Positions 1 to 9,336 of a stretch of DNA of 32,000 bases are shown piece by piece. Source of the stretch: Ferroglobus placidus DSM 10642 (GTDB lineage Archaea > Halobacteriota > Archaeoglobi > Archaeoglobales > Archaeoglobaceae); the NCBI RefSeq assembly GCF_000025505.1, contig NC_013849.1, forward strand, positions 1,530,001 to 1,562,000, in the 5' to 3' direction. Below the pieces are notes generated by a model. The model was given only the letters and a program-made list of their open reading frames with translations, searched no databases and had not been told where the DNA came from. Position 1 is the stretch's first letter. The number at the start of each line of letters is the position of its first letter. The position numbers were made by a program, and so were the translations under genes.

Positions 1-1
1 A

Positions 2-298
2 GCCGGCACTCTCGCGGTGAAGAAAACTTCAGAGTTAATTCCGATGTGTCATCCAATTCCGATAACCTCGGTAAAATTCGACTACGAATTTGAGGAAGAC
101 GGAATAAAAATGACGTGCGAAGTGAAGGCTTTTGCAAAAACCGGAGTGGAGATGGAAGCACTAACTGGAGTTAGTGTCGCTCTGCTTACCGTATGGGACA
201 TGGTGAAATCGATGGAGAAGGATGAAAGAGGCAATTACCCGGAGACAGCTATAAAAAATGTGAGGGTTGTCGAGAAAGTGAAGGTTCCTGATTTCTAA
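2..298 (+). CDS. moaC: Cyclic pyranopterin monophosphate synthase MoaC, C-terminal part (5' end lies outside the window)
   Basis: The reading frame is open to the window edge. [13 protein letters not shown] and [22 protein letters not shown] match the MoaC family core. Confidence 0.85.
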   Translation, partial: AGTLAVKKTSELIPMCHPIPITSVKFDYEFEEDGIKMTCEVKAFAKTGVEMEALTGVSVALLTVWDMVKSMEKDERGNYPETAIKNVRVVEKVKVPDF

Positions 299-373
299 AA
301 ACCAAGGAGAATGTTGGACGCTTCTCTTTTTGAGATTTCCTCTCAGAAATTTGAAATATCGAAGTGGGGAAAA

Positions 374-383
374 CTTTTTTAAC
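374..383 (+). promoter_or_regulatory. TATA-like box for the 407 ORF (leaderless arrangement)
   Basis: cttttttaac is centred about 28 nt upstream of the GTG at 407. It shares an AAAAC-N-TTTTTAA context with the box at 788-797. Confidence 0.4.
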
Positions 384-406
384 CTTTAATCCATGATACA
401 ATTATT

Positions 407-781
407 GTGATAATCAACAACCAACTGATGTTTCTCGAAAACAAGTTCGAATTTCTAAAGGGGGAGATAGAAAGGGCAAAGGAAGAGTACGAAAGGAGGA
501 TTGAAGAGATAGATCGCGAGGTAGACGAAATTTTCAGAAATCTTGAGAAAAGCGGAAAGAAGATAACGAACAGAATTCTTCTAAACCAGATTCTCGACGA
601 TTACATTCAGAAAAAGCTGGGGAAAGGTGAAATGGAAATTCTGAAAGAAATCGACATTTCGGCTAAAAAAAAGGAGAGAATCGTTTTTGCCAGGTACGGC
701 AAGTTTAACGTTCTTCTGAGAATAATCTACAAGGGTGAAAACAACTTTCAGATTCTGAACTGCGAGCTTTACGTAGTTTAG
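407..781 (+). CDS. Hypothetical protein with a coiled-coil N-terminal half
   Basis: 124-aa ORF with a GTG start. The N-terminal half is E/K/R-rich with heptad-like spacing and the C-terminal half looks beta-rich. A TATA-like box lies upstream. I recognise no family. Confidence 0.55.
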   Translation: MIINNQLMFLENKFEFLKGEIERAKEEYERRIEEIDREVDEIFRNLEKSGKKITNRILLNQILDDYIQKKLGKGEMEILKEIDISAKKKERIVFARYGKFNVLLRIIYKGENNFQILNCELYVV

Positions 782-787
782 ACAAAA

Positions 788-797
788 CCTTTTTAAG
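788..797 (+). promoter_or_regulatory. TATA-like box for the 819 ORF (leaderless arrangement)
   Basis: cctttttaag is centred about 26 nt upstream of the ATG at 819. Confidence 0.4.
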
Positions 798-818
798 CTG
801 AACAGCTGTCCTCTTTTC

Positions 819-1001
819 ATGGGTAAGACCGGAACGACTCAGTGGATCAAGATAAGAGGAAGAAAAGGTCAGACGAGGCTTGTTCCGTCGAAATATCAGT
901 ATTACAAGAAGCCCGGGCCTAATCAGAAGTACACCTCCGACGGAAAAAGAAGGAGAAGGATAAAGAGGTCGCCGAAAAGCATAGTTGGAGCGAAAACTTA
1001 A
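819..1001 (+). CDS. Small, highly basic protein of unknown function
   Basis: 60-aa ORF with 19 of 60 residues K or R and a single acidic residue. It has its own TATA-like box and an oligo-T tract after the stop. Confidence 0.5.
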   Translation: MGKTGTTQWIKIRGRKGQTRLVPSKYQYYKKPGPNQKYTSDGKRRRRIKRSPKSIVGAKT

Positions 1002-1082
1002 CGTTACTTAGTTTTTTGAAATTGTTAAAATTTTGGTAAACGTTAAATTGCTTAATTGAGAATTTTGTACTGGGTGTAAAGA

Positions 1083-2402
1083 ATGGAAATCGCAAGCTTA
1101 GTTATCTCTCATAAAAAAGCTTCGATAGATGAAATTCAGAAGGCTTGGCACGGTGATTATAGAAGCTTAATTGAAAGGGTTTTAAAATATCCCGGAATTG
1201 AGGAATGCGTCATTTTAATGACTTGTAACCGCGTTGAGGTTTACGTTGTCGGAAACTACACAGAAAAAACGCTTTTAAAATTTGCGAAGGAAATGGGCGT
1301 TCCAGAAAGGATAATCGAAATCCATAAAAACGAAAAATGCATGGAGCACATTCTCAGAGTCGCTTCCGGATTGGAATCGATGATGGTTGGAGAAGATCAA
1401 ATTCTCGGACAGGTAAAAGACTTTTACAATTTGGGGAAGCAGCACGGTGGAATTGGAGAAATCTTGGACTTAATTTTCTCCAAAGCCATACAAGTTGGTA
1501 AGAGAGTTAGAAGGGAGACGAGAATAAATAAGGGAGCGATTTCTATAGGCAGTGCAGCTGTGGAGCTCGCTGAAAGGGTGTTGAAGAGCTTAAAAGGTAA
1601 AAAAGCACTTGTAGTTGGAGCGGGAAAAATGGCTGAGCTCGTCGCAAGATCTTTAGCTCATAAAAACCTTGAGAAAATTTACATAGCTAACAGAACTTTC
1701 CAGCGAGGAGAGAAGCTTGCCGAAAAGGTTGGAGGAATCGCAATTCCCCTCGACAAACTTGAAAGGTACATGGTTGAGGTAGATGTTGTTTTCACAGCCA
1801 CAGCCTCCCAAAAACCGATAATAACGAAGGAAATTGCCGAGAAGGTAATGGAAGTTAGAAAGGACGAATTAGTTATCGTAGACATAGCTCTGCCGAGGAA
1901 TGTTGAAAAAGACGTGGGAAGTGTAGAAGGAATTAGGCTTTTCACGATAGACGATTTGAGAGAAATAAGCGAAGAAAACTTAAAAAGAAGGCTTAAAGAG
2001 GCTGAAAAAGCAGAAAAAATCGTTGAGGAAGAATTGGAAAACCTGAAGAACAAGCTTAAGGAGTTAAGGTCGAGAAAGGCTTTGAGGCTGATGTATTCGA
2101 GATGCGAGGATGTGAAGAAGGAGGAAATTATTGAGTTTTACAACAAGCTTAAAGCGAAGTACAACGTTGACGAGTCGGTTTTGCCGATAATAGAAGATTT
2201 TCTGAATTCTTTCATGAAAAAATATCTGAGGTTGCCTACAGTTAGACTGAAAGAGGCTGCTATAAACGGTAAGCCGGAAGTTATCGAGGCTGTGGAGTTT
2301 TTGTTCGGAGGTGAAGACTTTGGAGTTTCCAAAGCTGAGAATGAGGAGGTTGAGAAAAGACAAAATCCGTCCTCTTCTGAAAGAAACGAAATTGTCTGCT
2401 GA
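1083..2402 (+). CDS. hemA: Glutamyl-tRNA reductase
   Basis: [11 protein letters not shown] carries the catalytic Cys motif. [10 protein letters not shown] is a Rossmann NADPH site. The gene heads a tetrapyrrole operon. Confidence 0.95.
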   Translation: MEIASLVISHKKASIDEIQKAWHGDYRSLIERVLKYPGIEECVILMTCNRVEVYVVGNYTEKTLLKFAKEMGVPERIIEIHKNEKCMEHILRVASGLESMMVGEDQILGQVKDFYNLGKQHGGIGEILDLIFSKAIQVGKRVRRETRINKGAISIGSAAVELAERVLKSLKGKKALVVGAGKMAELVARSLAHKNLEKIYIANRTFQRGEKLAEKVGGIAIPLDKLERYMVEVDVVFTATASQKPIITKEIAEKVMEVRKDELVIVDIALPRNVEKDVGSVEGIRLFTIDDLREISEENLKRRLKEAEKAEKIVEEELENLKNKLKELRSRKALRLMYSRCEDVKKEEIIEFYNKLKAKYNVDESVLPIIEDFLNSFMKKYLRLPTVRLKEAAINGKPEVIEAVEFLFGGEDFGVSKAENEEVEKRQNPSSSERNEIVC

Positions 2403-3285
2403 AGATCTTATAATGCCCATCTTCGTCGACGAAAACATCTCTTCTCCCAAGGAAATTCCCTCCATGCCAGGCTACTTCAGACTTCCCATTGACGGAGCCG
2501 TGAAGGAAGTCGGGGAAGCTCTCGAGAAGGGAATCAGAGCTTTCATATTTTTCGGAATTCCCTCCTACAAAGACGAAATCGGCTCTTCAGCCTTCGACGA
2601 TAACGGAGTTATACAGAAGACGTTGAGAAAAGTGAAGAAGGATTATGAAGATGCTGTTTTAATAACGGACGTTTGCTTGTGCGAGTACACGACTCATGGA
2701 CATTGCGGAGTTGTAAAGGACAAGGTAATTTTGAACGACCCAACTCTGCCGATTCTCGGAAAGATAGCTGTGAGCCACGCTAAAGCTGGAGCTGACATAG
2801 TTGCTCCCTCCGGAATGATGGACGGGATGGTCAAGGCTATAAGAGAAGCTTTGGACGAAAACGGATTTGAGGATGTTGCCATAATGAGTTACTCCGCTAA
2901 ATACGCCTCTTCGTTCTACGGACCTTTTAGAGAAGCTGCTGAAAGTGGATACGCTTTCGGAGACAGGAAAAGCTATCAGATGGACATTCACAACTCCGAC
3001 GAGGCTTTGAGGGAAGTGGAGCTCGACTTAAAGGAAGGAGCCGACATAGTGATGGTCAAACCAGCTTTGGCTTACCTCGACATAATTTGGAGAGTAAAAG
3101 AAAAATTCAAAGTTCCCGTGGCAGCTTACAACGTCAGCGGGGAGTATTCAATGGTTAAAGCTGCAGCAAAACTTGGTTTTTTGAAGGAAGAGGACATAGT
3201 TTACGAGATTCTCGTCTCGATTAAAAGGGCTGGGGCTGATTTGATTCTAACTTATCACGCGAAAGAAATAGCGGAGGTTTTGTAG
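2311..3285 (+). CDS. hemB: Porphobilinogen synthase (delta-aminolevulinate dehydratase), Zn-type
   Basis: The N-terminus has the [10 protein letters not shown] motif. [14 protein letters not shown] is the cysteine-rich Zn site, and the active-site Lys regions are present. The start could be GTG 2311, TTG 2320 or ATG 2341, and every option overlaps the hemA tail. Confidence 0.93.
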   Translation: MKTLEFPKLRMRRLRKDKIRPLLKETKLSAEDLIMPIFVDENISSPKEIPSMPGYFRLPIDGAVKEVGEALEKGIRAFIFFGIPSYKDEIGSSAFDDNGVIQKTLRKVKKDYEDAVLITDVCLCEYTTHGHCGVVKDKVILNDPTLPILGKIAVSHAKAGADIVAPSGMMDGMVKAIREALDENGFEDVAIMSYSAKYASSFYGPFREAAESGYAFGDRKSYQMDIHNSDEALREVELDLKEGADIVMVKPALAYLDIIWRVKEKFKVPVAAYNVSGEYSMVKAAAKLGFLKEEDIVYEILVSIKRAGADLILTYHAKEIAEVL

Positions 3286-4533
3286 ATGTGGGAAAAATCA
3301 AAGGAGCTTTACGAAGTTGCCAAAAATTTAATGCCCGGCGGAGTCAGCAGTCCCGTAAGAGCCGTAAAGCCTTATCCCTTCTACACGGCAAAAGCGAAAG
3401 GATCCAAGATTTACGACGTTGACGGAAATGAATACGTAGACTACTGCATGGCTTACGGACCGCTCATTCTCGGACATGCGAACGAGGAGGTTAAGGAGAA
3501 GGTTGTCGAGCAGCTTGAGAATGGCTGGATATACGGGACTCCGGTAGAGCTCGAAATAGAGTACGCTAAAATCATAAGAAAGCTTTACCCGTCAATAGAG
3601 ATGCTCAGGTTTACGAACACCGGAAGCGAAGCAACGATGGCTGCTTTGAGGGTTGCGAGAGGATTCACGGGAAGAAACAAAATTCTGAAAGTCGAAGGGA
3701 GCTTTCACGGAGCTCACGATGCGGTTCTCGTTAAAGCCGGAAGCGGAGCGACAACGCACGGAATTCCGAACTCAGCCGGAGTTCCTGAAGATTTCGTTAA
3801 GCACACGTTGCAAGTCCCCTTTAACGATGTTGAAACATTAGCTGAGATCGTGGAGAAAAATTCTGAGGAGCTGGCAGCTCTGATACTTGAGCCGGTTATG
3901 GGTAACTCTTCCCTCATACTTCCGGAGGAGGATTATTTGAAGGAGGTCAGAAAGATAACGAAAGAAAACGACGTTCTCCTCATTTTCGATGAAGTAATAA
4001 CGGGATTCAGACTCGCTTTGGGGGGAGCTCAGGAATATTACGGAGTTAAGCCGGATTTAACGACCCTCGGCAAGATAGCGGGGGGAGGATTTCCTATAGG
4101 TATTTTCGGAGGGAGAAAAGAGATTATGGAGCTCGTAGCTCCTTCAGGTCCTGTTTACCAAGCTGGAACTTTCAGCGGGAATCCCGTGAGCTTGATAGCC
4201 GGAAAGACTACCGTGGAAATTCTGATGAGGGACAATCCCTACAAAGAGCTCGAGGAGAAAACGAGAAGTCTCGTAGAAAGCGTAAGCGAAAAAGTTGAGA
4301 AGGAGTGCATAGCTTCGATGTTCTGCTTTTACTTTGGAGAGAAGCCGAAAAACTACGCTGATGCTCTAAAGCTCGACAAGAACAAGTTCGTGGAATTTTA
4401 CTGGAAGCTTTTAAAGAAAGGAGTCTTCTTCCCTCCGTCTCAATACGAAACCTGCTTTGTAAGCACTGCTCACAGCTACGAGGATATTGAGAAGACTGCA
4501 GAGGCGGTAAACCAATGTCTGAGAGAGTTGTAA
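3286..4533 (+). CDS. hemL: Glutamate-1-semialdehyde 2,1-aminomutase
   Basis: [12 protein letters not shown] is at the N-terminus, with a class-III aminotransferase fold and a PLP-Lys context of [10 protein letters not shown]. The gene starts directly after the hemB stop. Confidence 0.95.
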   Translation: MWEKSKELYEVAKNLMPGGVSSPVRAVKPYPFYTAKAKGSKIYDVDGNEYVDYCMAYGPLILGHANEEVKEKVVEQLENGWIYGTPVELEIEYAKIIRKLYPSIEMLRFTNTGSEATMAALRVARGFTGRNKILKVEGSFHGAHDAVLVKAGSGATTHGIPNSAGVPEDFVKHTLQVPFNDVETLAEIVEKNSEELAALILEPVMGNSSLILPEEDYLKEVRKITKENDVLLIFDEVITGFRLALGGAQEYYGVKPDLTTLGKIAGGGFPIGIFGGRKEIMELVAPSGPVYQAGTFSGNPVSLIAGKTTVEILMRDNPYKELEEKTRSLVESVSEKVEKECIASMFCFYFGEKPKNYADALKLDKNKFVEFYWKLLKKGVFFPPSQYETCFVSTAHSYEDIEKTAEAVNQCLREL

Positions 4534-5393
4534 TAGGGAGTAGAGGTAGCAAGTTGGCTTTAGCTCAAGCTGAAAAAGTAAAAAAACTCCTTGAGGAGAG
4601 AGATTTCGAAGTGGAGGTAAAAGTGATCAAAACCCACGGAGACATAATGAAGGACAAACCACTTCACGAATTTAAGGGCATGGGAGCTTTTGTTAGAGCG
4701 ATAGACGAGGCTTTGAAAAGGGGAGAAATAGATCTGGCTGTTCACAGCTACAAAGACGTTCCGAGTCAAAGGGTTGAAGGGACAGTGATAGCAGCCGTTC
4801 TTGAAAGAGAAAGCGCTTGCGACGCTTTCATTTCAAGAGAGGGTTTGAAGTTCGAAGAGATGCCCGTAGCATCTAAGATAGGAACGTCAAGCCTGAGAAG
4901 GAGGGCTTTCGTCAAAAAGCTCAGGAAAGACTTAGAGGTGGAAAATCTTAGGGGAAATCTGGACACGAGGCTTAGAAAGCTCAGAGAAGGTTTTTACGAT
5001 GGAATAATCGTTGCTGAAGCTGGATTAATCAGGCTCGGGTTGGATAAAGAGATCGAATACGAAAGGCTAAATCCGGAGGTTTTCGTTCCGTCAGCGAATC
5101 AGGGAGTTATTGCCGTAGCTTCGAGAGAAAACGAGGCTGAGCTCTTCTCCTTCCTCAACCACGAGAAAACGAGGCTTGAGACAGACGTTGAAAGAGCGGT
5201 TTTGAGGGAACTCGGGATAGGGTGCGCTATTCCAGCCGGGATATACGCAAAAGCCGAGGGAAAAGTTAGGCTGATCGTTGAGATTCTAAGCGAAGAGGGA
5301 GAGAAATCTGTCAGAGTCGACGAGAAGCTAAGCAAGGAGAATGCGGTGGAGGAAGCTGTGGAAATAGCTAAAAACCTTAAATCGTTTATATGA
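4515..5393 (+). CDS. hemC: Porphobilinogen deaminase (hydroxymethylbilane synthase)
   Basis: [20 protein letters not shown] and [11 protein letters not shown] motifs are present, plus a cofactor Cys context of GCAIP. Confidence 0.95.
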   Translation: MSERVVIGSRGSKLALAQAEKVKKLLEERDFEVEVKVIKTHGDIMKDKPLHEFKGMGAFVRAIDEALKRGEIDLAVHSYKDVPSQRVEGTVIAAVLERESACDAFISREGLKFEEMPVASKIGTSSLRRRAFVKKLRKDLEVENLRGNLDTRLRKLREGFYDGIIVAEAGLIRLGLDKEIEYERLNPEVFVPSANQGVIAVASRENEAELFSFLNHEKTRLETDVERAVLRELGIGCAIPAGIYAKAEGKVRLIVEILSEEGEKSVRVDEKLSKENAVEEAVEIAKNLKSFI

Positions 5394-6193
5394 GCGGTAA
5401 AGTCTTTATCGTAGGAGCTGGACCGGGAGATCCGGGGCTTATTACGGTAAAAGCTCTCAAAGCTTTGAAGCTTGCTGACGTTGTTTTGGTTGACGAGCTC
5501 GTTAGCGAAGAAATTCTCGAGTTGCTCAAAGAGCTTGGAAAGGAGATAATCGACGTGGGAAAAAGGAGTGGAAGACACAAAAAGACTCAAGAAGAAATCA
5601 ACGAGCTTCTCGTGAAACTCGCGAAGGAGGGTAAAAAAGTTGTTAGGTTGAAGGGAGGAGACCCCTTCGTTTTCGGAAGAGGGGGAGAAGAAATAGAATT
5701 TCTCGCGGAAAACGGTATAGAGTTTGAAGTCGTTCCGGGAATTTCTTCTTCAACAGCCGTTCCGGCTTACGCCGGAATCCCGGTAACGCATAGAAAATAC
5801 GATCCGGCTTTGGTCATCATCACCGGAAGGCAGGAAAGAGAAAGGCTGAACTGGGAGGCTTTGGCAAAGCTGAATTCCACCATCGTGATTTTAATGGGCG
5901 TAGGAACTTTGGAGGAGAACGTGAGAAAGCTCATCGAATTCGGAAAAGATCCCGAAACGCCTGTGGCTATAATTCAAAACGGAACAACTGAAGAGCAGAA
6001 GGTAGTCGTTGGAAAGCTCGAGAACATAGTTGAAAAAGCCGAAAAGGAAGGAGTCAAGCCTCCGGCGGTTATAGTCATAGGTGGAGTTGTTGAAATACTA
6101 AAAAAGGTTGAGAACTTCATTAAAAACGTTAAAAGCTCCGAAGAGCTGTCCGTGGGTAAAAAAGAGCTTTTTAATCTGATTTCTCAGCTTTAA
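5390..6193 (+). CDS. cobA: Uroporphyrinogen-III C-methyltransferase (SUMT, makes precorrin-2)
   Basis: VGAGPGDPGLITVKA, GGDPFVFGRGGEE and VVPGISS motifs are present. There is an ATGA overlap with hemC. Confidence 0.92.
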   Translation: MSGKVFIVGAGPGDPGLITVKALKALKLADVVLVDELVSEEILELLKELGKEIIDVGKRSGRHKKTQEEINELLVKLAKEGKKVVRLKGGDPFVFGRGGEEIEFLAENGIEFEVVPGISSSTAVPAYAGIPVTHRKYDPALVIITGRQERERLNWEALAKLNSTIVILMGVGTLEENVRKLIEFGKDPETPVAIIQNGTTEEQKVVVGKLENIVEKAEKEGVKPPAVIVIGGVVEILKKVENFIKNVKSSEELSVGKKELFNLISQL

Positions 6194-6868
6194 CAACCCA
6201 AACTCTTCTTTTTCGAATTCGAAGCCGTAGTGAACGTCAACCAAAACGAGTCCATTCGGAGGAGCAGCGGAAACAGCTCTTTCTCCTTTTAAAATTTTGA
6301 AAAACTCTTCTATTCCCTCCTTTCCGGCGATCATTAAAGAAGATGCCATTCTCCTCACCATGTTCCAAGCGAAGGCGTTGGCTTTTATCGAGAAGTATAT
6401 CAAATTACCCCTCTTTTCCACATCGCTCTCGTAAACTTCTCTGACGCAGCTCTCACTTCCTCTCACGAAAATTCCGAAATCGTGCTTCCCTACGAAATGC
6501 TTAGCAGCCTCTTTCATTTCCTCCAGGTTGTACCCTTCGTCCAAGATAACGTAGCAGTACTTCCTCCACTTCGCCTTCCTCGGCTTGAAGTTTTCATCAA
6601 CAACTTTGTAACCCCAGACGCTAACGTCTTCAGGCAGATTCGAGTTCAGCTTCTTCACGACTTTCTTCGAAAATTCCTCTAAATCCGTTGCGAAAACGTT
6701 TCCTATCGCGTGAACGCCGGCATCTGTTCTTCCCGCAAACATTATCTTGCCGTACTCTATTCCAGCCTTTTCGAAAGCTTTCCTTATCTCTCCCTCCACG
6801 GTTCTTAACTCCGGCTGGTACTGGGAGCCGTGAAAGTTCGTGCCGATGTAGGCTATCTTAAAAGCCAC
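6098..6868 (-). CDS. truA: tRNA pseudouridine synthase A
   Basis: AYIGTNFHGSQYQP and AGRTDAGVHA (catalytic Asp) are present. The start is GTG, 2 nt after the stop of the upstream hydrolase gene. Confidence 0.9.
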   Translation of the reverse strand: MAFKIAYIGTNFHGSQYQPELRTVEGEIRKAFEKAGIEYGKIMFAGRTDAGVHAIGNVFATDLEEFSKKVVKKLNSNLPEDVSVWGYKVVDENFKPRKAKWRKYCYVILDEGYNLEEMKEAAKHFVGKHDFGIFVRGSESCVREVYESDVEKRGNLIYFSIKANAFAWNMVRRMASSLMIAGKEGIEEFFKILKGERAVSAAPPNGLVLVDVHYGFEFEKEEFGLLKLRNQIKKLFFTHGQLFGAFNVFNEVLNLF

Positions 6869-6870
6869 CC

Positions 6871-7662
6871 TCAGCAGTTCATCCCTCCTCTCAGCAAATC
6901 TCCGAGAACGTTAACGTTTCTGTCGTGCAAAGAGTAGTTTATCCTCTTGTAGATTCTTATCTTTTCGAGATCGATTCTCGCCGAAATCAAAGCCTCTTCG
7001 TTCTCGTTTTCGTAAGAAGCGAGAATGCCTTCGTGAGAGGCTATTAGGCTCCTCCCAACGCACTCTTCCCCTAAGAACGTGTAGCCAACTCCTCCGGCTT
7101 TAACTATGGCGTAAGCGTTGTCAAAAGCTCTGGAAAAGTATAGGCAGTGCCTCAATCTTTGGGAAGGCAATTCAGATCTCTTAAAGCTTACAACAGGATT
7201 CAAAACGATTTCAGCTCCTTTTAAAGCAGCAACTCTGCAAAGCTCCGGATAGAGTATGTCGGCACATATTAGTGCCGCGAACTTTACCCCCTTTATTTCG
7301 AAGATCTCAAGCTTTCTGCCGCATCTGATTCCGAGCTCCCTTTCGCTTCTCGTCGGATGAAGCTTGTCCTGAGTGGCTACAAGCTCCCCTTTTTCGAAAA
7401 CGTAGATCGTGTTGTAGTAGCCGTCTTCGTCTTTTCTTATAACGTTTCCAGCGAGAACCGCTTGATATTCTTCGCTTTTTTCTCTCAGCCATTCCAGAGT
7501 CTTTTTAGACGTTTCCAAGCTCGTGTCTCCTACTTTGTAGGAAAAGTACTCCGGGAGAAGGAAAATTTCAACTCCCTCGTTTAAACCTTTCTCGATTAGC
7601 TTTTCCGCACTTTTAAAAGCTTCGCCAACTCCTACTCTACACTGAACAGCCGAAACTATCAC
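6871..7662 (-). CDS. Carbon-nitrogen hydrolase (nitrilase superfamily)
   Basis: The E-K-C triad contexts are FLLPEY, DKLHP and AALICAD. 263 aa with a GTG start. Confidence 0.85.
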   Translation of the reverse strand: MIVSAVQCRVGVGEAFKSAEKLIEKGLNEGVEIFLLPEYFSYKVGDTSLETSKKTLEWLREKSEEYQAVLAGNVIRKDEDGYYNTIYVFEKGELVATQDKLHPTRSERELGIRCGRKLEIFEIKGVKFAALICADILYPELCRVAALKGAEIVLNPVVSFKRSELPSQRLRHCLYFSRAFDNAYAIVKAGGVGYTFLGEECVGRSLIASHEGILASYENENEEALISARIDLEKIRIYKRINYSLHDRNVNVLGDLLRGGMNC

Positions 7663-7698
7663 GAAGTTATTTCAAAAAATTGGGTAATAAAACGTTTT

Positions 7699-7974
7699 CT
7701 AAAGCTCGCTCCTCCTTCTCTTCCCGAGCTTTCCGGGCTGGACGATTCCCAAGTTTCTCGCACACTTAGGGCAGTAGTACTTCTTCTGCATGTATACGTG
7801 AACGTTCTTCCTCCCAACAAGCCTAACAAGCTCCGGATCGAGCCTCAAGCCGGAATAAGAGACGAAAGTTTTGAAGCGAGGAACGTTTCTCCCGCAACCG
7901 TCGCATCTGATGGTGTAATCCTTTCCTCTGCCGCTGCTCTGCTTATACTCCCTCTTGTAGGGAGCCTTTGTCAT
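7699..7974 (-). CDS. eS26-like zinc-ribbon ribosomal protein (tentative)
   Basis: 91 aa and basic. GRG...IRCDGCGRNVPRFK...YYCPKCA parallels eukaryotic and crenarchaeal eS26 (GRG..IRC.NC.R.VPKDK....HYCVSCA). Confidence 0.55.
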   Translation of the reverse strand: MTKAPYKREYKQSSGRGKDYTIRCDGCGRNVPRFKTFVSYSGLRLDPELVRLVGRKNVHVYMQKKYYCPKCARNLGIVQPGKLGKRRRSEL

Positions 7975-8007
7975 ACGTTAATTTGTTTACCTTTAAACAT
8001 AATAAAC

Positions 8008-9300
8008 CTATCGGCTACGCTTCTTCAAAACCGCCACAACTGCAACGGTTATTAACGCTACTACTGCAAGCAGTGTAATTCTGTCGGTCATTTTCCTCTG
8101 TTTAACGAGCAAGTACGCGTAAAACGTTCCCGTAAATTCCTTCCCCTCTAAGTCTTCCGCTTTGTAAGTTAGGTCAATTCTATACTCGTTTCCGGAGATA
8201 ACGTCATCGTCCACATCGACTCTGAAACTCACGTTTATCCTTTCACCTTTTTTCAGCTCCGACGCGAAAGCCTCTGGCATCTTGAGTTTTATTCCGGGGC
8301 TTGGATTAAGCTTAAAATGAATGTTCTTAGCATCTCCACCGACGTTGATTATTTCGAGAGTCACGATGTTCTCTCCGTGATACACGACGGGTTTATTTAA
8401 AACTTCGAAGTCGGGCTCTTCCTCAATCAACAAGCTTACGGATTTTTCGATCGCTCTCTCTTCAATTTTTGAAGCGAGAATTTCGTACTTAGCCGAAATC
8501 CTCACATCTTTACTCCCGAAATCTGCGTCCTCTTCGACTCTGTACGGAACTTTAACGACCCTCACTTCTCCGGAATTAAGGTAACCGATGAGAAACCTCT
8601 TTGCATAAAATTCGACTCCTTCAGGTTCTGAGATGGTGAATTCGAGACCCTTAATTGGGTAAAGGTAGTTGTTCATGACAAAGAGTTCGAGTACACCGCT
8701 TTCGCCTCTTTTTAACTTCTCCTTACCAACGCCGAACTCGACGCCTTTACCGATTTTTTCGACGAAAATTTTGAACGTAACTTCGTCAAAACCGTCCGAC
8801 CACTTCTCTCCATCGAAGTACGTGTAGTTTATCTTTGCAGTTACGTTCACTTCTCCTTCTTTTTCCGACTTAACGTAGAACTCTACGACGGAAATCGACG
8901 AAGGCTGTAAGCGGGGAATTACTACTCTCTCTGGCTGAATAACTTCTATACCCTCTAAAGATACCTCGACGTTTCTCGCGTCAGATAAACCAACGTTAGC
9001 CAATTGTAGAGCTATCCTGTTCTGTTCCGAGGCGTATATAGTTTTAGTTAGAGGATAAACTCTGAATTTCGGCTCGACCGTTTGGAAGATCTCTACTTCT
9101 ATCGGTATCTCCACCGTCTCTTTTTTATAGAAGTAGTCGACTTCGTAGCTTTCCGAAACGTTTCCCGACACTTCTACGTACCTTATTCTCTCATAAGTAA
9201 CTTTAAGAATCATTGTTTGTTTTCCGGAAAGATTGTAGGGTGTCGAAATTTGAAAGCTAACGATTTGCTGGGAATTGGCGGGTAGAACGGGTATTCTCAC
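8008..9300 (-). CDS. Surface protein body with CARDB/COG1361-like repeats and a C-terminal TM anchor; lacks its own signal peptide
   Basis: Three units of about 108-110 aa each carry a hydrophobic-x-hydrophobic-x-N-x-G strand motif (ALQLANVGLSDARNVEV, LELFVMNNYLYPIKGLEF, LEIINVGGDAKNIHFKL). The C-terminal helix is ITLLAVVALITVAVVAVL followed by KKRSR. The ORF is in frame with ORF 9337-9582, separated by one TAG. Confidence 0.75.
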   Translation of the reverse strand: MRIPVLPANSQQIVSFQISTPYNLSGKQTMILKVTYERIRYVEVSGNVSESYEVDYFYKKETVEIPIEVEIFQTVEPKFRVYPLTKTIYASEQNRIALQLANVGLSDARNVEVSLEGIEVIQPERVVIPRLQPSSISVVEFYVKSEKEGEVNVTAKINYTYFDGEKWSDGFDEVTFKIFVEKIGKGVEFGVGKEKLKRGESGVLELFVMNNYLYPIKGLEFTISEPEGVEFYAKRFLIGYLNSGEVRVVKVPYRVEEDADFGSKDVRISAKYEILASKIEERAIEKSVSLLIEEEPDFEVLNKPVVYHGENIVTLEIINVGGDAKNIHFKLNPSPGIKLKMPEAFASELKKGERINVSFRVDVDDDVISGNEYRIDLTYKAEDLEGKEFTGTFYAYLLVKQRKMTDRITLLAVVALITVAVVAVLKKRSR

Positions 9301-9336
9301 CCGTTCCGTTAAAACCTTTATTTTCTCCGATTCGAG

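Noticed and set aside
5099-5590. 163-aa ORF antisense to hemC and the SUMT gene. There are many similar antisense ORFs, for example 1679-2053, 2064-2465, 4208-4552, 18839-19336, 23247-23816 and 28464-28883.
   Set aside because: All lie opposite strongly supported genes. They have S/L/F-rich low-complexity composition typical of the antisense frame of E/K-rich genes, and they lack start-context or promoter signals.
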